Below are positions 16,773 to 27,236 of a stretch of DNA of 36,670 bases, one piece after another. This DNA comes from a virus. Lineage: Duplodnaviria; Caudoviricetes. The stretch is taken from positions 1 to 36,670 of the IMG/VR virus record IMGVR_UViG_3300020045_001519; one strand, 5' to 3'. Within the stretch, counting starts at the first letter, position 1. The number at the start of each line of letters is the position of its first letter. Both the position numbers and the translations under genes were made by a program. The notes under the pieces are model-generated. The model saw only the letters and a list, made by a program, of their open reading frames with translations. It searched no databases and had not been told where the DNA came from.

Positions 16773-17104
16773 TGGTAAGCAGACAATACAGCCGAAAGGT
16801 ATCGATTTATAAAACAAAAACCGTTGCTGATGGCTTTGGGGGTAATACTGTTACCGATGTTTTAATTGGGTGCTATTGGGCTGAAGTGAAACAAATTAGT
16901 TCATTTAGAAATACATCGATTGGCGAAACGGTTATTAAAAATAACTATTCGTTTAAGATTAGAGCAAATGCACATATTACACCCGATGTAAACAATTTGT
17001 CAATAGTATATCGAAATCAAAAGTATGTAGTTAATAATATCGAATATGATGACGAGCTATTTAGATTTGTAAATATTACTGCAAATGGCCAAGGAATCAA
17101 TTAA
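16772..17104 (+). CDS. Head closure protein (SPP1 gp16-like)
   Basis: DGFGG...WAEV...FKIR; synteny. Confidence 0.8.
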   Translation: MVSRQYSRKVSIYKTKTVADGFGGNTVTDVLIGCYWAEVKQISSFRNTSIGETVIKNNYSFKIRANAHITPDVNNLSIVYRNQKYVVNNIEYDDELFRFVNITANGQGIN

Positions 17105-17609
17105 GGGAATATCTGAAACGATTAAGGAGCTTCGAGCGTTTGGCAAAGATGTGGAAAAGCTAATTGATGCTGAGACAAACGATATTGCAAATCAAATTGA
17201 AAGCGATGCAAAAACAAAAGCACCTAAAAACTTTGGTAAATTAGCGCAGTCAATAAGTAGTAGCAAAGTTAAAACGAGCAACTATAAAATAACCGTCAAC
17301 GAAATTTACGGTGCTTATATGGAGTTTGGAACGGGGACAAAAGTAAATGTTCCTGCAGAAATGCAAACCATTGCAGCGCAATTTAAAGGCGGAGGCAAAA
17401 AGGGTAGTTATAAAGAGGGTTTAGAAGCTATAAAAAACTGGTGTAGAGCCAAAGGTATTGATGAAAAGTTTGCTTATATAATCTTTGCTAAAATATTAGG
17501 AGCGGGAGTTAATCCTCAACCTTTTTTATATCCAGCTTGGGTAAAAGGCAGAAAAGATTATTTAAACAACTTAACTAAATTATTAAAAGCCTACAAAAAG
17601 AAAATTTAA
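17085..17609 (+). CDS. HK97 gp10-family neck protein
   Basis: APKNFGKLAQSI, YGAYMEFGT, PQPFLYPA. Confidence 0.82.
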   Translation: MAKESIKGISETIKELRAFGKDVEKLIDAETNDIANQIESDAKTKAPKNFGKLAQSISSSKVKTSNYKITVNEIYGAYMEFGTGTKVNVPAEMQTIAAQFKGGGKKGSYKEGLEAIKNWCRAKGIDEKFAYIIFAKILGAGVNPQPFLYPAWVKGRKDYLNNLTKLLKAYKKKI

Positions 17610-17622
17610 TTACCTTTGTAGT

Positions 17623-18051
17623 ATGATAACAAAAAATCCAGATAAGCACATAAGAAAAGCGATTTATACTTTGCTTAATGGAATAGTTGTATCGGGTAAA
17701 ACAATAAACTGTTATGATGTTAGGGTAACTGGTAACACAAGCCCACAGAATTACATTTTAATGACTACTCAAACAAAGGATATTGACAAAGCGACTAAAT
17801 GCGGTTATCGTTGGGACACATCGATATTGATTGAAATATACACTAAAACAAGCGCACAAGGTAACAGCGGTTCTAGAGTATTATTAAACGATATTGAGGA
17901 AAGAGTACACGAATTATTAACACCATATTTAACAATAACGGATTTTGTAGTATTGAATCAAATAATGACTTATGAGGCACAACTTGAATCAGTTACAGAA
18001 ACAGAGAATATAATGAGATCATTTTTAAGACTTAACATAACACTAATATAA
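17623..18051 (+). CDS. Tail terminator / tail completion protein
   Basis: Size and position immediately before the tail tube gene. Confidence 0.65.
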   Translation: MITKNPDKHIRKAIYTLLNGIVVSGKTINCYDVRVTGNTSPQNYILMTTQTKDIDKATKCGYRWDTSILIEIYTKTSAQGNSGSRVLLNDIEERVHELLTPYLTITDFVVLNQIMTYEAQLESVTETENIMRSFLRLNITLI

Positions 18052-18058
18052 TAAAACT

Positions 18059-18502
18059 ATGGCAGCAACACCAATTAAAGGAGAGGTTGGAATTCTTTAC
18101 GTACACGATGGATCTATTTACAGACCAGTAGCGTGTTTAACTTCAAACAGTTTATCAACTGCGGTTTCAGTAATTGAATCCAATACTAAATGTTTCCCTG
18201 GAGTAACAAAAAAACAAGGCGGAATGTTTAGCTATACATTAGAAGCTGAGGGCGAATATATCGACACTACATCAGTAGGTGGCGAGGTAACAAAAGCATC
18301 TCACGACTTTTTATTAGACAAACAAAAACTTAAAGGACTAATCACTTGGAAATTAGTAACAGGAGTTACAGGAGCGACTTACTACGGTGAGGCTTTAATT
18401 TCTGATTTATCTTTAGACCAAGGAGCAGGCGATGAGCTTTCAACTTTTAGTTTAACACTAGATGGAGATGGTGAAATCGTTGAAACTGATCCAGAAGCGT
18501 AA
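18059..18502 (+). CDS. Major tail tube protein
   Basis: IKGEVGILY...ACLTSNSLS...YYGEALISDL...TFSLTLDGDG; synteny. Confidence 0.82.
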   Translation: MAATPIKGEVGILYVHDGSIYRPVACLTSNSLSTAVSVIESNTKCFPGVTKKQGGMFSYTLEAEGEYIDTTSVGGEVTKASHDFLLDKQKLKGLITWKLVTGVTGATYYGEALISDLSLDQGAGDELSTFSLTLDGDGEIVETDPEA

Positions 18503-18525
18503 TAGCGTAATCAATTAACCAATAT

Positions 18526-18849
18526 ATGATATTACTAGGCAAAGAATTCCATTTTGGAATAGGATTTTTAAATGAGTTGTTAGACGGAACAGGTTTAAGA
18601 CTTGACGAATTAAGCACACAAGCTGACGTGGTGTTAATTCCTAAAATGATGTATCATTCTTTAGCGTATTCTTACAAAAGAAAAGGCAAAGAGTTAGATT
18701 TTACAATCTATGATATAAATGAATGGATTGACGAAAACGGAGGCATTGGAGGCTCGTTTTGGACTGAATTTCAAAAGGGTTTTAATGACTCTATGAATAA
18801 AGACGTACCAACGGACAACACTAAAAAAAAAGTGAGCAGAAAGCAATAG
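18526..18849 (+). CDS. Tail assembly chaperone (gpG-like)
   Basis: Between tail tube and tape measure genes; A9 slippery run at 18823-18831. Confidence 0.75.
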   Translation: MILLGKEFHFGIGFLNELLDGTGLRLDELSTQADVVLIPKMMYHSLAYSYKRKGKELDFTIYDINEWIDENGGIGGSFWTEFQKGFNDSMNKDVPTDNTKKKVSRKQ

Positions 18850-19166
18850 ACTTCAAAGCGGATGTAATTGCATTTGCGTGCGGCGAGCTTGGAATTCAGC
18901 GGTTGAGTGATGTTTATGATATGACTTTCGCAGAGTTCCAAATTCGCCTTTTTGCTTTTCAAAGAATGGAGTTAAGAGCGTGGGAAAAGGTAAGACAAAT
19001 CGCTTGGAGTGCCTTTATAGGCTCGCACCAAGACCCTAAAAAGATGCCTAAATCAATAGATAAATTTATGAGTTTAGGCGGTGACAAACCAAAGCAAGGA
19101 GTAAGCGAGGAGCAAAAAGAAAACTTCTTAAAAGCGTACAAAGAATATTTAAACCATAGAAAATAA
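18831..19166 (+). CDS. -1 frameshift extension of the tail chaperone (gpGT-like)
   Basis: The -1 frame is open from the A-run (SEQKAIDFKADVIAFACGELGIQRLSDVYDMTFAEF...) to 19166. Confidence 0.75.
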   Translation, partial: SEQKAIDFKADVIAFACGELGIQRLSDVYDMTFAEFQIRLFAFQRMELRAWEKVRQIAWSAFIGSHQDPKKMPKSIDKFMSLGGDKPKQGVSEEQKENFLKAYKEYLNHRK

Positions 19167-21046
19167 TGGCATTAGAGGTACAAATAGGGGCGGACAGTTC
19201 CAATTTCGACAAAGAGATTGCAAAAGTTGAGAAACAGCTAAGCGATTTAAGAAAACAGGAATCGGCTAATATAAAATTAGGCTTAGATACTGCATCCTTA
19301 AAAACTCAAATAAGCGATGCAACAACAAAGTTAAACGGATTAAAAAGTTCTGTTAATAATTCAGCAAGCGCATTTCAAAGTCATTCTAAGGCAACGGCAA
19401 ACGGTGGGAATACTTTAATGCAGTTTTCACGTATTGCTCAGGATGCTCCATTTGGACTTATTGGTATTGGGAACAACTTAACCGCTACTGCTGAAAGTTT
19501 TGCCAACCTTTCTAAAAGTGCTGGAGGTACAGGAAACGCTTTGAAATCAGTCGCTAGTTCATTAATGGGAACAGGGGGTATTTTATTAGCACTTTCTTTG
19601 GTTACTTCTGGACTTACTTATATGTCTCAAAAAGGAATAACAGTTGGCGATGTATTTGCTAAATTAACAGGAGATTTTGACGAATACGCAGACGCTTTAA
19701 AAAAGGCAAATTTAGCGGCTTATAGCGATGAGGGAGTTGTAAAAGCGGTTGCAGACGTAAACCAATTACGAACTGAGGTACAACTTGCAAAAGATGGTTT
19801 TATTGATAAAACTAAGGTTATAGAGCATTATAACGAAACTATGGGTAAAACCACAGGAATAGTTAAAACACTTGACGGAGTTGAACAACAACTTGTTAAA
19901 AATGGAGAGGCATTTATTAAAATGCAACTTTATAAAGCGACTGCAACTTTGGCACAAGCGGAAGCTGCAAAAGAATTACTTAATCGTGAAAAAATATCAA
20001 AACAATCAATTGACGAACATACTGGAGCTTTAGAATATTTAAAAGGTGCTTTTATAGCTGCTGCATCAGGTCAAGGAATTATGTCTACTGGAGCATTTGC
20101 AGCAACTGAGGGATTAAAAGCTCAAGCTAGTGCATTTGATGCTAGCGGTAAGAAAATGCAAGCCAATTTAAGTATTGCCGAAAAGTACAATAAGAAAGCT
20201 GGTGAAATTGCAAAGGATAATAATTTTAATTTCTTTGAAAGCAATAAGGTTGCAAATAATAAAAATGCGGCAGAAAATGAAAGGGCAAGAAAAAAAGAAT
20301 TAGAGGAACAAAAGAAATTCCAAGAGGAAAAGCTAAAATTTGAAAGAGATTTTTTTGCTATTCGATTTGAGGGAATAAAATCACATAACGCAAAAGTATT
20401 AAAAGAGCAACAAATTGCAAATATTACTCCAGCTGATCAATTAGGTTTACCAGAAGATAGCGCGACAGCTTTGCCTGATTTTGGTTATGAAAAAAATTTA
20501 CAAGCATTAAGAGATTTTAATAGTGCAGCAAGTGAAATTATAAACGGAAGTATATCAGACACTTTTGCCGCATTAGGAGCTAATATAGGGAATGCATTAG
20601 CAACAGGCGGAAATGTTTTACAAGCCGCTGGAAATGCCTTACTTTCTGGATTAGGTGGAATTTTAACAGAAATGGGGAAAATGGCAATTGAGGTTGGAGT
20701 TGGATTGTTAGGAATTAAAGCAGCATTAAAAACATTAAATCCTTATGCGGCAATTGCTGCGGGTGTTGCGTTAGTTGCCTTAGGTTCTGTTTTTAGTTCA
20801 AAATCAAAAGCATTAGGTAGTTCAATGGGTGGTGGAGCTTCAAGTGGAGGAGGTGGAGCAACTACAAACATTCAAACAGGAGCAAATATTTCAAGCCCAC
20901 AAAGCTCAGTTTCAAACGGTGGCACATTTAACAATAGTAGCGGAACGGTTGTATTTGAAATAGCAGGTCAAAAATTAATTGGAGTTTTAAATAATACACT
21001 TGGAGCAAATCAACGTTTAGGAGGTTCTTTATCATTAGGAAATTAA
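19166..21046 (+). CDS. Tape measure protein
   Basis: Ala/Gly-rich helical protein with hydrophobic segments, following the chaperone genes. Confidence 0.85.
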   Translation: MALEVQIGADSSNFDKEIAKVEKQLSDLRKQESANIKLGLDTASLKTQISDATTKLNGLKSSVNNSASAFQSHSKATANGGNTLMQFSRIAQDAPFGLIGIGNNLTATAESFANLSKSAGGTGNALKSVASSLMGTGGILLALSLVTSGLTYMSQKGITVGDVFAKLTGDFDEYADALKKANLAAYSDEGVVKAVADVNQLRTEVQLAKDGFIDKTKVIEHYNETMGKTTGIVKTLDGVEQQLVKNGEAFIKMQLYKATATLAQAEAAKELLNREKISKQSIDEHTGALEYLKGAFIAAASGQGIMSTGAFAATEGLKAQASAFDASGKKMQANLSIAEKYNKKAGEIAKDNNFNFFESNKVANNKNAAENERARKKELEEQKKFQEEKLKFERDFFAIRFEGIKSHNAKVLKEQQIANITPADQLGLPEDSATALPDFGYEKNLQALRDFNSAASEIINGSISDTFAALGANIGNALATGGNVLQAAGNALLSGLGGILTEMGKMAIEVGVGLLGIKAALKTLNPYAAIAAGVALVALGSVFSSKSKALGSSMGGGASSGGGGATTNIQTGANISSPQSSVSNGGTFNNSSGTVVFEIAGQKLIGVLNNTLGANQRLGGSLSLGN

Positions 21047-21047
21047 T

Positions 21048-23267
21048 ATGGCTACACGAAAAATAACAATAGAGTTTACAGGAAATCCAACGGTAGGAAA
21101 TGCGTTTAGTTATAACATACTAATTGGTGGGGTAAATTTAGTTTATCCGAATACATTAGATACTTTAAACTTAGACTATGTTAGCGGCGCAAATGTGGCT
21201 TATACTTCAATTGGTATAAAAAGCACAATGACGTTAACAATCGATGCAACTTTAAACTTTTTACAAACGTATTTCACACACCCAAACATTACATATTCAC
21301 GTGTTGATGACAATATTGAGGTTTTAATAAATATTGAAAGTGTTACAATAACATACCCAGACGATGCAAATGATGAGGTTTTAATTTCTGACGCTGCATA
21401 CGATCCAAACTTAGATTTAAAACTAAAATACTTTATTGAGTGGAAAGATCCTGAATGTATCGACTATTTAGTACGAATTTATAAAAAAGGCTATACAGGA
21501 ACTGCAACGCAAGTTTTTGGATATGGTACGCTTCAATATGGCTCAGTTGACGACAACTTAACACCTATTAGAGGGAATGGTTTAAACCTAAATTTAGAAG
21601 CCGATACTACATTAACTTTAGAGGATTTATATACAGAAGAAGAAAACCAATTTACGGTTAAAATGTATCGTAAAAACAAACTATTGTTTGATGGATTTTT
21701 AAAACCTGACGGAGTGTATCAATCCTTTGTTTATGATCGTTGGATTTTGAGTATGACGTGTATCGATGGGCTTGGAATATTAAAGGATTTAGCCTTTGTA
21801 CAATCGACAGGTTTTCATTGGACTGGCAAACAAAAAGTAATTGATATTATTTACAATTGTTTGAATAGAACTAATTTATCAATGAATATCAACACATCAG
21901 TTAATATTTATTACAACGGATTGACTGCGAGTGATACATTAGACCCTTTTACGCAAGTGTATTTATCTGTGGATCGATTTGTAAAAAACGACAACGATAC
22001 TATAATGGATTGCCAAGACGTATTGAAATCCGTTTTAAATTTATTCAATGCTAATATTTGCCAAGTTGACGGCCAATGGTATATTTATCGAGCGAATGAA
22101 TTGTACGACAACCCTATTGTAAAATTTAGACAATATTCAAAAACTAACAATAGTTACATTCAATTGAATAGTAAAAATTTATCATTTTCATTAGGTAGCC
22201 AAATAAACAATTATTATCCACATCATTGCGGAGGGAATCAACAAATACAAATTAAAGGTTCAGTTTCAGCGGCAAGAATAAATTATAAATATGGTTTCTT
22301 AAAATCATTAAATACCAACCCTAATTTAAACCATACAGGGACAACGTATCCTGGTTGGACTGTTATAAATGCGCCATACATTATAATTGACCCTTTAAAA
22401 ACACAAGGATTGATTTCGGCTTTAGTCCCTCAAAGCGGATTAAGTACGCCAATTTATCCTATAATGTATAGCGATGACGTGGCTTTGAATACAGGTGACA
22501 CTTTAAAAATAGTATTAAGAGGTCGTTTGACTAACCCTGGACCAAAATCAAAAGCAAAGTTTTTAGTAACATTAACAAATAGCAGTAGCCAAATAACGTA
22601 TTTAAAATCGGATGGAACTTGGACGGCAACCTTAAGTTATATTTATTTAGAAATAAACCCAAGTTTTGATGTAACAATTCAATCTTTGGCTTTGCCAGAT
22701 ACTGGTAACGTTAGTATGACTATTTACCAAGCCGAACAATTATTGTCGGGTTCGTCAAATTATGAATTAACGTATGCTGATATTCAAAACAGCGCAACGG
22801 CAGCGAGTACGGGTGCAATTGGTGAATTCCATACGGTACAAAGACAAAATCGTCCTAGCTCAATATCAACAGATACAACAGAGATTTATAATGGTGATAG
22901 TGCCTCTTTGATTTACGAGGGTGCGGTTTGGAAAGCAGACCAAACAACACCTACATCGCTATGGTTTAGACGTGGAAAAACTGAAAGTAAGCCTATTTTA
23001 AGAATAGCTGGTGAGGATAATTTAAGAATGGCACAGAAACCAGCAAAGGTATTTAGCGGTGATATTTATGGCTATATGCCTTATTTAAGTGTTATTTCGA
23101 TTAATAATGTAAGCGGTTTATTTATGCCTATTGAGTGGATTTTTGACGCAAAATCAAATGTAACAAGCGTTAAGCTATTAGAGGCTTTTAACGATGAGTT
23201 AAATGATATTGACTACAAATATACACTAGACTACGGAAGTACTGTTAAACCGACAATTACATCGTAA
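21048..23267 (+). CDS. Tail tip / baseplate hub-like structural protein
   Basis: 739-aa beta-rich ORF immediately after the tape measure gene. Confidence 0.6.
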   Translation: MATRKITIEFTGNPTVGNAFSYNILIGGVNLVYPNTLDTLNLDYVSGANVAYTSIGIKSTMTLTIDATLNFLQTYFTHPNITYSRVDDNIEVLINIESVTITYPDDANDEVLISDAAYDPNLDLKLKYFIEWKDPECIDYLVRIYKKGYTGTATQVFGYGTLQYGSVDDNLTPIRGNGLNLNLEADTTLTLEDLYTEEENQFTVKMYRKNKLLFDGFLKPDGVYQSFVYDRWILSMTCIDGLGILKDLAFVQSTGFHWTGKQKVIDIIYNCLNRTNLSMNINTSVNIYYNGLTASDTLDPFTQVYLSVDRFVKNDNDTIMDCQDVLKSVLNLFNANICQVDGQWYIYRANELYDNPIVKFRQYSKTNNSYIQLNSKNLSFSLGSQINNYYPHHCGGNQQIQIKGSVSAARINYKYGFLKSLNTNPNLNHTGTTYPGWTVINAPYIIIDPLKTQGLISALVPQSGLSTPIYPIMYSDDVALNTGDTLKIVLRGRLTNPGPKSKAKFLVTLTNSSSQITYLKSDGTWTATLSYIYLEINPSFDVTIQSLALPDTGNVSMTIYQAEQLLSGSSNYELTYADIQNSATAASTGAIGEFHTVQRQNRPSSISTDTTEIYNGDSASLIYEGAVWKADQTTPTSLWFRRGKTESKPILRIAGEDNLRMAQKPAKVFSGDIYGYMPYLSVISINNVSGLFMPIEWIFDAKSNVTSVKLLEAFNDELNDIDYKYTLDYGSTVKPTITS

Positions 23268-23287
23268 AAATTTTATATCTTTGAACT

Positions 23288-23791
23288 ATGGAATATTACA
23301 AAGGAGAGGAACGAATTTTGTACATCAAACTATTAGGCGAATATGTGCCAATAGGTTGTATTTCAGACAATTCGTTTTCAGAAAGTGTTGAAACAATTGA
23401 CACAACTACAAGAGATAATAACGGATGGGCAACGGCAAAACCTACGATGCAAAACTATTCTATTACTTTTAACGGAATACAAGTTAATAGTACAATAGCA
23501 GGAGGGAGTTTGAATGTAGCAAGTTACGACCGATTGAAAGAATTAAAAAGAGGGCGTCAATTGTTAGAATGGAAATTGCAAGGGGCAACGTTCCCAATAG
23601 TAGACTATGGAAAAGCCTATTTGACTGACGTTTCAGAAAATGCAGTTGTAAATGAATTAATAACCTTTTCGGGGACTTTATTAGGATTTGGACAGCCTTT
23701 AATGGCTGCAACTACATTGGTATTGCTTAATAATGGTGATCCAAGCGTAATAGTACAAGACGGAAATAGTAATTTAATACAAGTAGAATAA
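23288..23791 (+). CDS. Second tail-tube-fold protein
   Basis: YKGEERILY...IGCISDNSFS...YGKAYLTD...TFSGTLLGFG parallels 18059-18502. Confidence 0.7.
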   Translation: MEYYKGEERILYIKLLGEYVPIGCISDNSFSESVETIDTTTRDNNGWATAKPTMQNYSITFNGIQVNSTIAGGSLNVASYDRLKELKRGRQLLEWKLQGATFPIVDYGKAYLTDVSENAVVNELITFSGTLLGFGQPLMAATTLVLLNNGDPSVIVQDGNSNLIQVE

Positions 23792-25731
23792 TGGCAATAG
23801 ATCCAACAACAACAACGACCGTAAAAGTTGGCGAATTAGCCTCAGCGGGTTTTAATGCAAGCGACTTAGTACCTCACGAAGTTGGGGGCATATTAAAAAA
23901 AGGAACTTTAGGGGATTTGGCTACTTTTATAGGTGGGCAAATTTCAGCAACTAGCGGGGTAGGATTTAGAGCCGTTCAAGTTACAGACGGACAAACTTTG
24001 CCAGCTACAACCGAACAAGAGTTTATTTTAGTGGGACCAGGAACTTATCCAAATGTGGGAGGCGGTGCGACTATAACTTTGACAGAGGAATTAAACGCTT
24101 TGGTGTCAAATGGAACGTATTGGTTTGTGGGTGTTGAAATACCGATACAATCGCCAGACGGAGCATTTGAGCCAGCTATTTCAACAGGTACAACTTCGCA
24201 ATATTGGCGAGGAGATAAAACTTGGCAAGACTTAAATAAGTCAGTGGTTGGGCTTGCAAACGTAGATAATACAAGCGATGCGAATAAGCCTATAAGCACT
24301 GCAACGCAAACGGCATTGGATAATACTGTTAAATTAACAGGCGTTCAAAACATTACAGGAAGTAAAACCTTTACAACTGTATCTGGCAATGCTATTACTG
24401 TAACCAATCCTACGGTTGGCTGGGGTCAAGTCATTAATAATACAAGTACTGGAGTTGGATTGTTAATAAATAATGACTCAACAGGAAAAGCATTGACTTT
24501 TTTATCAACTGGAACATCAACAGGTGATATTATTTCACACCAGGGTATTGATGGGTTAATCAAATTTAAATTAACATCTGTTGGAGATGTAACTGCTAAT
24601 TCATTTATCAAATCAGGAGGGACAAGCGGTCAGTTTTTAATGGCTGATGGTTCTGTTAGTAGTGGAAGTGCAGGTTCTTTAGAATTTGATGCCACTGATT
24701 TAACGGTTTGGAATAATGGAAAAGGTAATGTTACATCAAATACATCTTTTGGAGAGTATGCATTAATCAGCAATTCAACGGGTGCATTTAATACTGCCTT
24801 TGGTAAGTATGCCTTATCTTCTAACATAACAGGAGTTCAAAATACCTCTTTTGGATTTAATGCGTTACCAAATAGCCAAAATGGTTCGCAAAACACAGCA
24901 ATAGGCGAGAGTGCATTATTTGGAATAACTTCGGGTATTAAAAACATTGCAATTGGTAGAGCGGCAGGAGCTGTTATTTCTGGAGGTGCTAATAATCAAA
25001 CCAGTAACAACAGTATTTATATTGGTTGCGACACAAGAGCTTCGGCAAATGGCAATACAAACGAGATAATTATAGGTCACGAGGTTATCGGTAATGGTTC
25101 TAACAGTGTAACAATAGGTAATAGTAGTATTACTAAAACTATACTAAATGGAAATGTAGGAATAGGTACTACAAGTACTGCCTATAAATTAGATGTTCAA
25201 AATCAAGCAAATGCATTTTTATTTAGATTAAAAGGAGGTGCTTCTTTAGCAACTGAAATTAGAGCTTTTGTATCAGATACGGCAGCATCTTTTGGAACTG
25301 AAACAAATCACCCTTTTAGTTTTTTTACAAATGGTTCGGATAAAATGACTATCACTTCGGGTGGAAATGTAGTAGTTGCAAATTTAGGAACTGGTTTAGT
25401 GTATTCAAATGGAGGGGCTTTAACAAGTACAAATCCATCAGATGAGCGTTTAAAAGATGACATTACAGATATTGAATACGGATTAACTGAAATATTACAA
25501 TTACGACCTGTAAGTTATACTTGGAAAAATGATACTATTAACCAAGGAAAACAATTCGGTTTTATTGCTCAAGAAGTTCAAGAAGTAATGCCTGAATTAA
25601 TAAAAGAATTTGATACTATTGACGAAGATGAGGATGTTGTAAGATTAGGACTTGACAAAGAGGGAATTTATGCAGCTTTAATAAATGCCATCAAAGAATT
25701 AAAAGTAGAAATTGACTTACTAAAACAATAA
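23791..25731 (+). CDS. Tail fibre with C-terminal intramolecular chaperone (peptidase S74-like)
   Basis: VGLANVDNTSDANKPIS; N-T-A-F-G repeats; NVGIGTT; SDERLKDDI...GFIAQEV; C-terminal coiled coil. Confidence 0.88.
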   Translation: MAIDPTTTTTVKVGELASAGFNASDLVPHEVGGILKKGTLGDLATFIGGQISATSGVGFRAVQVTDGQTLPATTEQEFILVGPGTYPNVGGGATITLTEELNALVSNGTYWFVGVEIPIQSPDGAFEPAISTGTTSQYWRGDKTWQDLNKSVVGLANVDNTSDANKPISTATQTALDNTVKLTGVQNITGSKTFTTVSGNAITVTNPTVGWGQVINNTSTGVGLLINNDSTGKALTFLSTGTSTGDIISHQGIDGLIKFKLTSVGDVTANSFIKSGGTSGQFLMADGSVSSGSAGSLEFDATDLTVWNNGKGNVTSNTSFGEYALISNSTGAFNTAFGKYALSSNITGVQNTSFGFNALPNSQNGSQNTAIGESALFGITSGIKNIAIGRAAGAVISGGANNQTSNNSIYIGCDTRASANGNTNEIIIGHEVIGNGSNSVTIGNSSITKTILNGNVGIGTTSTAYKLDVQNQANAFLFRLKGGASLATEIRAFVSDTAASFGTETNHPFSFFTNGSDKMTITSGGNVVVANLGTGLVYSNGGALTSTNPSDERLKDDITDIEYGLTEILQLRPVSYTWKNDTINQGKQFGFIAQEVQEVMPELIKEFDTIDEDEDVVRLGLDKEGIYAALINAIKELKVEIDLLKQ

Positions 25732-25759
25732 TTTACTAACTTTGTTAAAAATTTAACCA

Positions 25760-25909
25760 ATGGAAAATCAAAAAGCAATCGAAGTATTAATTCAATGCGC
25801 ACAATTAGCACAAAAAGGCGGTTTATTATCTTTGCAAGATGCCGTTATTGTAGCCCAAGCTATTGAAACTTTAACACCAAAAAAAGATGAGTTGTCAAAC
25901 GAGCAGTAA
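25760..25909 (+). CDS. Small hypothetical protein (49 aa)
   Basis: Hand translation MENQKAIEVLIQCAQLAQKGGLLSLQDAVIVAQAIETLTPKKDELSNEQ; TAACTTTG promoter at 25737-25744. Confidence 0.6.
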   Translation: MENQKAIEVLIQCAQLAQKGGLLSLQDAVIVAQAIETLTPKKDELSNEQ

Positions 25910-26234
25910 TTACTTTAAAGACATAAAAAAAGGCGATACCTTTACAGGGTTAAAAATGTCTTTTTTTGACGGTGTTGGAGATGCTAAAACACAAATGGAC
26001 TTAACAGGTGCTAGCGTTGTCATTACATTTCGTAAAAGCTCAACTACTAATATGGTATTCGAGTTTAAAACGAGTGACGGTACTATTACTATTCCAGACC
26101 CGACAATTGGCGAAATCTTTTTGCAACCACGTGTTATGAATTACGCACCGTTTAATTATATCTTTGATGTAGTTGTAACAACGCAATCTGGAACCGTACA
26201 TACTTATTTTACTAACTATTGGAGAATATTATAA
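25887..26234 (+). CDS. BppU-N-like tail accessory protein
   Basis: IKKGDTF...MDLTGA...YIFDVVVT pattern; tail region. Confidence 0.55.
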   Translation: MSCQTSSNYFKDIKKGDTFTGLKMSFFDGVGDAKTQMDLTGASVVITFRKSSTTNMVFEFKTSDGTITIPDPTIGEIFLQPRVMNYAPFNYIFDVVVTTQSGTVHTYFTNYWRIL

Positions 26235-26235
26235 T

Positions 26236-27147
26236 ATGTGCTTAGACGATGCTACAATAGTAATAACAGAAACATTAGAGCCTACAACCGTTATAATTAG
26301 TGACGATTGTAGCGATGTTACGGTTGTTATAAATGAAACTATCGAAAATGTTACTATTGAAGTATGTGCGTTAGGCGAACAGGGTTTAAGTGCTTATCAA
26401 ATTGCGGTTGCAAATGGCTTTGTAGGAACAGAGCAGGAGTGGTTGGATAGTTTAACACCTGAAACAATAAAACACAAGGTAAAACTAGACGAAGCTATTG
26501 CAAAAGGACAAGCAGTTTATATTAGCGGCGCAAACGGGGCTAATATCTTAGTTAAGAAAGCATCCAACACAAGCGAGGCAACAAGTTCTAAAACTTTAGG
26601 ATTGTTAGAAACTGGCGGAGCTTTAAACGCTCAGGTTAATGTAGTTACAGAGGGGTTACTTGAGGGATTAGATACAAGTTCAGCAACTATTGGCGACGCT
26701 GTTTGGTTGGGAGTTAGCGGTAATTTAATCTTTGGACTAACAAACAAACCACACGCACCGGCACATTTAGTTTATTTAGGAGTTGTTGCAAGGGTAAATG
26801 CTAATAATGGAAGTATCTTTGTACACCCTCAAAACGGTTTTGAATTAGAGGAACTGCACAATGTTTTAATTGAAAACAAAGCCAATAAACAAACCATAAT
26901 TTATGACGCTACTACTAGCTTATGGAAAAATGGTTACACTTGGGAATATTTAGCAATAAATGCTAAAACAGACGGAGCCGAAAATACAATTACAAACGGT
27001 TACTATTTGAATTACGACTTACAAGGAGTTTCTATATATAGATACATTACAACGGCAACCGATGCGAATGGTTATCCAAACGAGGACTCTTTTTATGCTA
27101 CCAATACGGCAGGTGTATTGACTAATTTAATAGTAACTAGAGGGTAA
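26236..27147 (+). CDS. Tail fibre / virion accessory protein
   Basis: GLSAYQIAVANGFVGTEQEWLDSL motif; KGQAVYISGA; LEELHNV. Confidence 0.65.
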   Translation: MCLDDATIVITETLEPTTVIISDDCSDVTVVINETIENVTIEVCALGEQGLSAYQIAVANGFVGTEQEWLDSLTPETIKHKVKLDEAIAKGQAVYISGANGANILVKKASNTSEATSSKTLGLLETGGALNAQVNVVTEGLLEGLDTSSATIGDAVWLGVSGNLIFGLTNKPHAPAHLVYLGVVARVNANNGSIFVHPQNGFELEELHNVLIENKANKQTIIYDATTSLWKNGYTWEYLAINAKTDGAENTITNGYYLNYDLQGVSIYRYITTATDANGYPNEDSFYATNTAGVLTNLIVTRG

Positions 27148-27236
27148 TGAAAAAAGGTGGCTACGGTGGCGGAATTATTCGTAAAATAATAAGTAAACTT
27201 TTGCTAGTAATAGCATTTATTTTAAATAGAAAATAA
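27147..27236 (+). CDS. 29-aa basic/hydrophobic peptide MKKGGYGGGIIRKIISKLLLVIAFILNRK
   Basis: TAATG overlaps at both ends. Confidence 0.5.
   Translation: MKKGGYGGGIIRKIISKLLLVIAFILNRK

Noticed and set aside
23484-23711. Minus-strand ORF inside the second tube-like gene
   Set aside because: Fully nested antisense ORF with no supporting signals
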